Shown: positions 27,020-32,000 of the stretch, in pieces
Layout of the letters: every line of letters starts with the position of its first letter
How positions within the stretch are numbered: position 1 is the first letter of the stretch
Assembly: GCA_025340205.1 (NCBI GenBank)
Contig: CP006868.1
Location: 960,001-992,000 of the forward strand
Reading direction: 5' to 3'
Length of the DNA stretch: 32,000 nt
Source: Ignicoccus pacificus DSM 13166
GTDB taxonomy: Archaea; Thermoproteota; Thermoprotei_A; Sulfolobales; Ignicoccaceae
The notes under the pieces: model-generated
Told to the model about the DNA's origin: nothing
Databases searched by the model: none
Seen by the model: only the letters and a program-made list of their open reading frames with translations
Translations under genes and position numbers: made by a program

Positions 27020-27575
27020 TTGTCTGCCCTCTCTCCGTGCCCTTGCGGAGAGTTTTGAAGAGACCCCCGAGAGATGCTAAGAGAGAAGGGGCGGGAAGCC
27101 CCCTGCTCGCTACTTCTACGTACGTAACATTCGAGCAGATGCAAGTCCTCCTCAAAGCCTCTCCTGGCGCTAACTGGAGCTCGCCACAAGGTAAGCTGAT
27201 GAGTATTGAGGGTAAGAAGGGGCAATGGGCTTGGACGAACTCTATTCCGCCGTTCAGCGTTCTGTCGTTTAGCACCACGTCCACTGGATACATTACCGTG
27301 GTAAAGGTGCACGATTGAAGAGGATCGTAGCTTGTGTAGCTAGTCGGAGTTACCTTGGAATTTATTATAGTGATAGTGGCAGTTAGGGAGAAAGATGGAT
27401 ATGCTAAGAGAAGTAGGGCAAGTGCTCCAAAAAGAACGCTATCGCTCCCGCCAGGATTCCTACTACGAAGAAGTAGATGAAGGAAATGGGATCGGACGTG
27501 CTCAGAAAGGCTACTATGGCCATAGCAAGCCCAACCGAGAACGCTCCTAGAGCCGAGCTTCCCGAACCTCATCAC
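26904..27575 (-). CDS. Uncertain hypothetical secreted/anchored protein between nob1 and tmcA
   Basis: The minus frame has hydrophobic FGALALLLLAYPSFS followed by a Thr/Ser/Cys-rich beta-like domain (TATITIINSKVTPTSY...CGELQLAPGEALRRTCICSNVTYVEV). It overlaps tmcA by 116 nt and has a poor N-terminus. Confidence 0.35.
   Translation of the reverse strand: MMRFGKLGSRSVLGWACYGHSSLSEHVRSHFLHLLLRSRNPGGSDSVLFGALALLLLAYPSFSLTATITIINSKVTPTSYTSYDPLQSCTFTTVMYPVDVVLNDRTLNGGIEFVQAHCPFLPSILISLPCGELQLAPGEALRRTCICSNVTYVEVASRGLPAPSLLASLGGLFKTLRKGTERGQTNEEVLDRAGRGFGKRYGRKTQKTRGDFRRRPREGGRGR
27404..27523 (-). CDS. Candidate 39-aa hydrophobic miniprotein (nob1 frame), absent from the ORF track
   Basis: MAIVAFLSTSDPISFIYFFVVGILAGAIAFFLEHLPYFS*. 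Upstream codons in the same frame are also hydrophobic (ALGAFSVGLA) back to tandem TGA TGA. Confidence 0.3.
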   Translation of the reverse strand: MAIVAFLSTSDPISFIYFFVVGILAGAIAFFLEHLPYFS

Positions 27576-28165
27576 CCATCTCTACGTCTCTTCCTCTTAC
27601 CCCTCACCCTCCTCTTCAGAACTGTTCCACAGACCGGACACACCTTGTACTCAGGAGGGTAGCTTCTCTTGCAAGCCGGACAGAACTTCTCCCACTTGAT
27701 GTTTCCGTCTATTCCCTTAGTACGGACGCTCTTCCATTCTATTCCTAAGGCTTGTGCTACGTTGAGAACCCCGTAATCGTCGCTGAGTAGCAGAGCGTTC
27801 AGCTGAAGAGCAAGGGCCACGACCTTAACGTCCGTCTCAGAAAGGTCTTCCCCAAGTTCTCGTGCCTTTTCCATTACGATTTTCACGTACCTTTGATCGG
27901 GAGATACTACCTTGAGCTTGTAAATGTACCTCTCGAGGGCGCTCTTTGAGTTTGAGTCCTTAACTTCCTCTAAGTTATCTGGCGTGGTGTAGTTCTCTCC
28001 CGGCATCAAAGCTGGCATGCCGGCCAGCAGCGAGCCAGTGTCGTGAACTATAGGCCTCAAAGATCTCAAACCCCCTTCTCCTTTTGAACGACCGGCGATG
28101 AAGTCAGCCCCGCGGGCCATGATCGGTGATGAGAGACCGCCGCGCTTCCCTGAGCCTTTAGGCAT
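27572..28165 (-). CDS. nob1: NOB1-like rRNA maturation endonuclease (PIN domain + zinc ribbon)
   Basis: PIVHDTGSLLAG, LSETDVKVVALALQLNALLLSDDYGVLNVAQALGI, FCPACKRSYPPEYKVCPVCGTVLKRR. The true start may be a TTG at 28069. Confidence 0.9.
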   Translation of the reverse strand: MPKGSGKRGGLSSPIMARGADFIAGRSKGEGGLRSLRPIVHDTGSLLAGMPALMPGENYTTPDNLEEVKDSNSKSALERYIYKLKVVSPDQRYVKIVMEKARELGEDLSETDVKVVALALQLNALLLSDDYGVLNVAQALGIEWKSVRTKGIDGNIKWEKFCPACKRSYPPEYKVCPVCGTVLKRRVRGKRKRRRDG

Positions 28166-28203
28166 CTATTAGTTCCGGGACCTCTCGGTCACGGGGAAGA
28201 AAC

Positions 28204-29190
28204 TTGAGGATAGTAGTCACGGGCGGAGCAGGATTCATGGGTTCAAACCTCGTGGAGTACTTGGTAAACCAAGGTCACGAAGTAGTGGTATTTGATAAGT
28301 TTACTTATGCTGCAAATATAAACAATCTAAAAGAGGTCTTGGATAAGATAAGCATAAGGAAAGTCGACATAGCTGATAAGGAGGCTTTGATGAAAGCTTT
28401 CGATGAAGTCAAACCAGAAAGAGTGTTCCACCTAGCGGCGGAGACTCACGTGGATAGGAGCTACAAGTATCCTGAAGTCTTCGTGAGGACAAACGTCCAA
28501 GGCACCATAAACATGCTAGAAGCTGCTAGGAAGTTTGATTTCGAACTAATAGTTACCAGCACCGATGAGGTTTACGGTGACAGATGGGGGAAACCACCTT
28601 GTGATGAGGAGTGTAAGCTCGATCCCACAAACCCTTACTCCGCCTCCAAGGCTACTGCAGACATGTTCATAAACGCCTACTTTAAGAGTTATGGCATAAA
28701 CGTCAAGGTAGTTAGACCCTCTAACAACTACGGACCTCGTCAGTACCCGGAGAAGCTCATTCCGAGGACAATATTCAGGATACTCAACAACTTACCCCCT
28801 CAGATCCACGGTACCGGAGAGCAGCTAAGGGATTGGCTCTACGTGAAGGACTTCTGTGAGGGCATAGTTACGGTAGCTGAGAAGGGAGTCAAAGGGGAGA
28901 TATATAACATGCCGGCGGGGAACGAAAGGAGCGTTCTGGAGGTGGTCAAGACCATACTAAGGATAATGGGAAAGCCGGAGGATTGGATAGAGTTCTTGCC
29001 GGATAGGCCTTATCAAGATAGGAGATATGCCATGAAAGGTGACAAGATAAGGTCCTTGGGTTGGAAGCCCAAGACTCCCTTTGAGGAGGGTATGAGGAAG
29101 ACCGTGAAGTGGTACTTGGAGAAGGGCAGAGAGTGGTGGGACAAGCAGAATATCGAGCAAGAGATTAAGAGTGCTCCGACTCATCGGTAA
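28204..29190 (+). CDS. rfbB: dTDP-glucose 4,6-dehydratase
   Basis: RIVVTGGAGFMGSNLVEYLV, HLAAETHVDRSY, STDEVYGD, NPYSASKATADMFINAYFKSYG. Confidence 0.93.
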   Translation: MRIVVTGGAGFMGSNLVEYLVNQGHEVVVFDKFTYAANINNLKEVLDKISIRKVDIADKEALMKAFDEVKPERVFHLAAETHVDRSYKYPEVFVRTNVQGTINMLEAARKFDFELIVTSTDEVYGDRWGKPPCDEECKLDPTNPYSASKATADMFINAYFKSYGINVKVVRPSNNYGPRQYPEKLIPRTIFRILNNLPPQIHGTGEQLRDWLYVKDFCEGIVTVAEKGVKGEIYNMPAGNERSVLEVVKTILRIMGKPEDWIEFLPDRPYQDRRYAMKGDKIRSLGWKPKTPFEEGMRKTVKWYLEKGREWWDKQNIEQEIKSAPTHR

Positions 29191-29244
29191 AGATTTGATA
29201 GAAATAAAGGCACCAACGTTAAAGCAATTTGTTTTTCGAGCTCC

Positions 29245-29251
29245 TTTTATA
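29245..29251 (+). promoter_or_regulatory. TATA box upstream of the two-gene unit 29287-30355
   Basis: ctccTTTTATAcccttaag in an A/T-rich stretch after rfbB. Confidence 0.5.
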
Positions 29252-29286
29252 CCCTTAAGTTAGAGTTAGGTAATCGGAGTGAGGAG

Positions 29287-29823
29287 TTGAGCATGGAAAA
29301 TGTAGTAAGTATGAAGGAAGAACTCAAGAAAGAATTTTATGAAAGCGTGATTTTCGAATATCTGTATGCTTCAACCTCGGAGCTCTTTGGCGATGTAGCC
29401 GCTCGTCAATTAATTTACAAGATAATGAAAGACGCCGCAAAGAGGATGACACTAAAAGTACATGATCTAATAAGAGAGGTTATTAGCGAGAACCCTTGCA
29501 ACTGGTTTCGCTTCATATATTCAATCTTTGATATAGAGCTAGCCAGCTGTAATATAGATGGGAATAAAGGTGAGCTTAAAATAAGGAAGTGTACCCTTAT
29601 ACAGAAGTATAAGGACAAAGCCGAGCACAGTGCATGTATAACTATGTTCGCCATAATAGCTGGCTTCGTGGAGGCGTTAAGCGGTCATCGGGTCATGATA
29701 GAGTCTCCTTGGGGAAGGTTAGGTCATCCTAGGCCCACGCTCAAGGTCAAGGTGATAAAGAGCGGTGTCGATGAGCTCAATTGTTGCCACTTCTTGGTGG
29801 AGGTGGTAGGTGAAAGTGGTTAA
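29287..29823 (+). CDS. Hypothetical protein, possibly V4R/hydrocarbon-binding-like
   Basis: 178 aa. C-terminal half AEHSACITMFAIIAGFVEALSGHRVMIESPWGRLG...CCHFLVEVV vaguely matches the V4R-type fold signature. Confidence 0.6.
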   Translation: MSMENVVSMKEELKKEFYESVIFEYLYASTSELFGDVAARQLIYKIMKDAAKRMTLKVHDLIREVISENPCNWFRFIYSIFDIELASCNIDGNKGELKIRKCTLIQKYKDKAEHSACITMFAIIAGFVEALSGHRVMIESPWGRLGHPRPTLKVKVIKSGVDELNCCHFLVEVVGESG

Positions 29824-30355
29824 ACCCTACGAGGTAGAGGCGAGGTTCATAGTATCCAATGATTTTAAGGACAAGTTAGAGAAAATGGGATTCAAGGTAA
29901 CCAAGGAGTACAGATTCACGGATCACTTCTTCAGACCTAGAGGGGGATGGAGGGGAAACAAGTCCTTAAGGGCCAGGGATTGGGGTGAGTTCTGTGAGGT
30001 GCTGTTCGATCATATAGAAGTTTTCGAGAGAGATGGAATAAAGGTGAAGAGGAGCATATACCCGGAGGGTAAGGTGAAACTGTATGAAGGTACTCTTGAA
30101 AGTTGTCTGAAACTGTTGGAAGACATGGAGTTCGAGAAGTGTGGCGAGATAAAGAAGGATATAGGATACCTAATGAGCGATGGAGAGCTAATGGTTGCTC
30201 TGGAAAAGATAAACGGTAAGTGGGTCTTGGAAATAGAGCTCAATGGGGAGGACTTGGATAAAGCAATAGAGGAGATGAAGAAGGCTATGAGAAAGCTAGG
30301 CCTCGGGAAACCCAGCGGAACGAGCACGAGGGAACTCTTTGGTCTGAGATGTTAA
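29810..30355 (+). CDS. CYTH domain protein (class IV adenylate cyclase CyaB / triphosphatase-like)
   Basis: YEVEARFIV, LEKMGFKVTKEYRFTDHFFR, SLRARDWG, VKRSIYPEGKVKLYEG, LEIELNGEDLDKAIEEM. Confidence 0.78.
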   Translation: MKVVKPYEVEARFIVSNDFKDKLEKMGFKVTKEYRFTDHFFRPRGGWRGNKSLRARDWGEFCEVLFDHIEVFERDGIKVKRSIYPEGKVKLYEGTLESCLKLLEDMEFEKCGEIKKDIGYLMSDGELMVALEKINGKWVLEIELNGEDLDKAIEEMKKAMRKLGLGKPSGTSTRELFGLRC

Positions 30356-30801
30356 TAGTACCAGTACCAAACTCCCCTCCTCTCCAAGAACCCCTCGCAC
30401 TCCCCTTGAGGGAGACAGTCCACTATCTGGCCTGAGTAGACCAGCGGATAGGGAGGACCCCTCAACGCGTAAACCGGGTCATATCCTCTGGATCCCCTCA
30501 CGACCTTCCCTCCCCCGCACTCGCAAACTATTGCCTCGCCCCACTCCCCCTTAATCCTTTCACATTTCGGAACTTCAGAGGTAGGGCACACCTCATATCT
30601 TATCTTTTCACATCGAAGACAATGAATTCTATGTAAAGGTATCTGCGTGTCCCAAGGATCCACCAAGGAGCCTCCATAAAGGGCGTAGCAAGCCAATGGC
30701 CTTATGAGCACCCTAATGTTCTTTCCCTGCCTGTTTATTATTCCAACAACGCACTTATCCAGCTCCTTAGCATACGCGTTCTTCAAAAGCTCCTCCAGCA
30801 A
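30352..30801 (-). CDS. Cysteine-rich hypothetical protein
   Basis: 149 aa, TTG start, HCLRCEKIRYEVCP...CERI...CECGGG, tryptophan/tyrosine-rich C-terminus. Confidence 0.6.
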   Translation of the reverse strand: MLEELLKNAYAKELDKCVVGIINRQGKNIRVLIRPLACYALYGGSLVDPWDTQIPLHRIHCLRCEKIRYEVCPTSEVPKCERIKGEWGEAIVCECGGGKVVRGSRGYDPVYALRGPPYPLVYSGQIVDCLPQGECEGFLERRGVWYWYY

Positions 30802-30867
30802 CGCTGAAGACCCTACTCAGCATCCGATGAAGAGGTCTTTAACGAGCGAGCGTTTCGAGGGAGAGGT

Positions 30868-31887
30868 GTGGGAAACATGATAATAGTCTTAAAGGAGAGA
30901 GAAAGGGGTACCGAGGTCAAGAACCTTCTTCAAGAGAAGGGATTGAAGTTCTGGGAGGTCACCCTTTACGGGAGACCTCTCATAGTGACTCCTCCGGGAA
31001 CCTACCTAGAGGAAGTCAAGGACCTTCCTGGAGTGGAGCTGGTGCTAAACCCCAAGGTAAAGTATCCCTTAGCCTCTAGGGAGTTTAAGCAAGACGATAC
31101 GGTAGTGGAGATAGGAGGAAAGGCAAGGCTAGGAGGAGGGTACTTCTCAGTCATAGCCGGACCTTGTTCTGTCGAGAGTGAGGAGCAAATACTCGCCGCA
31201 GCGGAGGTTGTGAAAAGAGAAGGAGGAGCCGCGCTGAGAGGCGGAGCCTACAAGCCTAGGACCAATCCTTACTCCTTCCAAGGCTTGGGAGAGAAAGGGT
31301 TGGAGCTACTGGCAAAGGCTAGGGAGGCTACGGGACTCCCTATAGTGACCGAAGTGATGGACACTAGAGACGTTAAGAAGGTAGCTGAAGTGGCTGACGC
31401 CCTTCAAATAGGCGCGAGGAACATGCAGAACTTCCCATTGCTTAAGGAAGTAAGCAAGGTGGATAAGCCAGTTATCCTGAAGAGGGGACTGGGTAACACT
31501 ACGGAGGAGTGGTTTCAAGCGTCCGAGTACATACTCCTTGGAGGAAACGGAGGGGTAATCCTCTGCGAGAGAGGTATTAGGACGTTCGAGACTGCTACTA
31601 GGTTTACCTTAGATATAGCCGCTGTTCCCGTGGCTAAGAAGAAGGTTCACCTACCGGTCATAGTAGATCCCTCCCACCCAGCTGGTAAGAGGGACTTGGT
31701 CGAGCCCTTAGCGCTAGCTGGAATAGCCGCTGGAGCTGATGGCCTTATCGTGGAGGTCCATCCAAATCCGGACAAGGCCCTCAGCGACGCCGCCCAGCAA
31801 CTCACCTTCGAGCAGTTTAAGGATCTAATGAAGAAGGTAAGGGCGCTCGTGGAGGTTATGGGGAAGAAGCTCGTAACTCTTCAGTGA
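30868..31887 (+). CDS. aroF: 3-deoxy-7-phosphoheptulonate (DAHP) synthase, AroF/I-beta type
   Basis: [75 protein letters not shown]. Confidence 0.96.
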   Translation: MGNMIIVLKERERGTEVKNLLQEKGLKFWEVTLYGRPLIVTPPGTYLEEVKDLPGVELVLNPKVKYPLASREFKQDDTVVEIGGKARLGGGYFSVIAGPCSVESEEQILAAAEVVKREGGAALRGGAYKPRTNPYSFQGLGEKGLELLAKAREATGLPIVTEVMDTRDVKKVAEVADALQIGARNMQNFPLLKEVSKVDKPVILKRGLGNTTEEWFQASEYILLGGNGGVILCERGIRTFETATRFTLDIAAVPVAKKKVHLPVIVDPSHPAGKRDLVEPLALAGIAAGADGLIVEVHPNPDKALSDAAQQLTFEQFKDLMKKVRALVEVMGKKLVTLQ

Positions 31888-32000
31888 TCATTTCTAACGC
31901 CAATCCCAGCTCTCCAAGGGAACCCTCCAACTCCGCACACTTTTCCATGAGGGCTCTGAGAAGTCTTTCTATAGCCTCCAACCTTTCGACGAGGTCCTCG
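31856..32000 (-). CDS. Partial CDS, C-terminus of a coiled-coil protein (runs off right edge)
   Basis: Minus frame reads ...[47 protein letters not shown] with TAA at 31856. Not in the ORF track. Confidence 0.6.
   Translation of the reverse strand, partial: EDLVERLEAIERLLRALMEKCAELEGSLGELGLALEMITEELRASSP

Noticed and set aside
27037-27318. 93-aa plus-strand ORF between nob1 and tmcA
   Set aside because: Orientation is opposite to the tightly packed nob1-tmcA pair and there is no clear signal peptide or start context. Not fully excluded, but less likely than a minus-strand gene.
1-32000. CRISPR arrays, transposases/integrases, rRNA genes, toxin-antitoxin or defence islands
   Set aside because: No regularly spaced direct repeats, recombinase motifs or rRNA-like conserved blocks were seen in the sequence or the ORF list.

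Overview
This 32 kb window looks like a compact, gene-dense genome segment from a hyperthermophilic Thermoproteota (crenarchaeal) organism. Desulfurococcales, possibly Ignicoccus-like, is an inference from gene content and codon style. Most of it is housekeeping: leuD, a LeuA/citramalate-synthase family enzyme, trpG, trpC, DAHP synthase, hisS, a ThrRS-like protein, gatA, rnhB, pcm, flpA, tmcA, nob1, thi4, mobB, crcB, a tungstate/molybdate-binding protein, a CcmF-like cytochrome c biogenesis protein, a beta-RFAP synthase-like protein, a GT2 glycosyltransferase, dTDP-glucose dehydratase and one tRNA-Lys(UUU). No CRISPR array, mobile element, rRNA or obvious defence island is visible. The best second-look items are: (1) an unannotated 50-aa C-x2-C/C-x2-C zinc-ribbon gene overlapping flpA by ATGA (21992-22144, minus); (2) a Met-core heptad-repeat coiled coil with a C-terminal membrane anchor (8144-8575); (3) a ThrRS-like protein with an intact-looking editing domain but a degenerate catalytic core; (4) a 989-aa CcmF-like protein with a large N-glycosylation-sequon-rich extracytoplasmic insertion; (5) an unresolved multi-frame region between nob1 and tmcA with hydrophobic readings in two frames joined at a T5 run; (6) a perfect 8-bp inverted repeat centred in a divergent intergenic spacer; (7) a palindrome-rich promoter region upstream of the LeuA-family gene; (8) an 8-Cys internally duplicated protein translationally coupled to mobB; (9) partial genes at both window edges. 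I did not find a convincing new multi-gene system.
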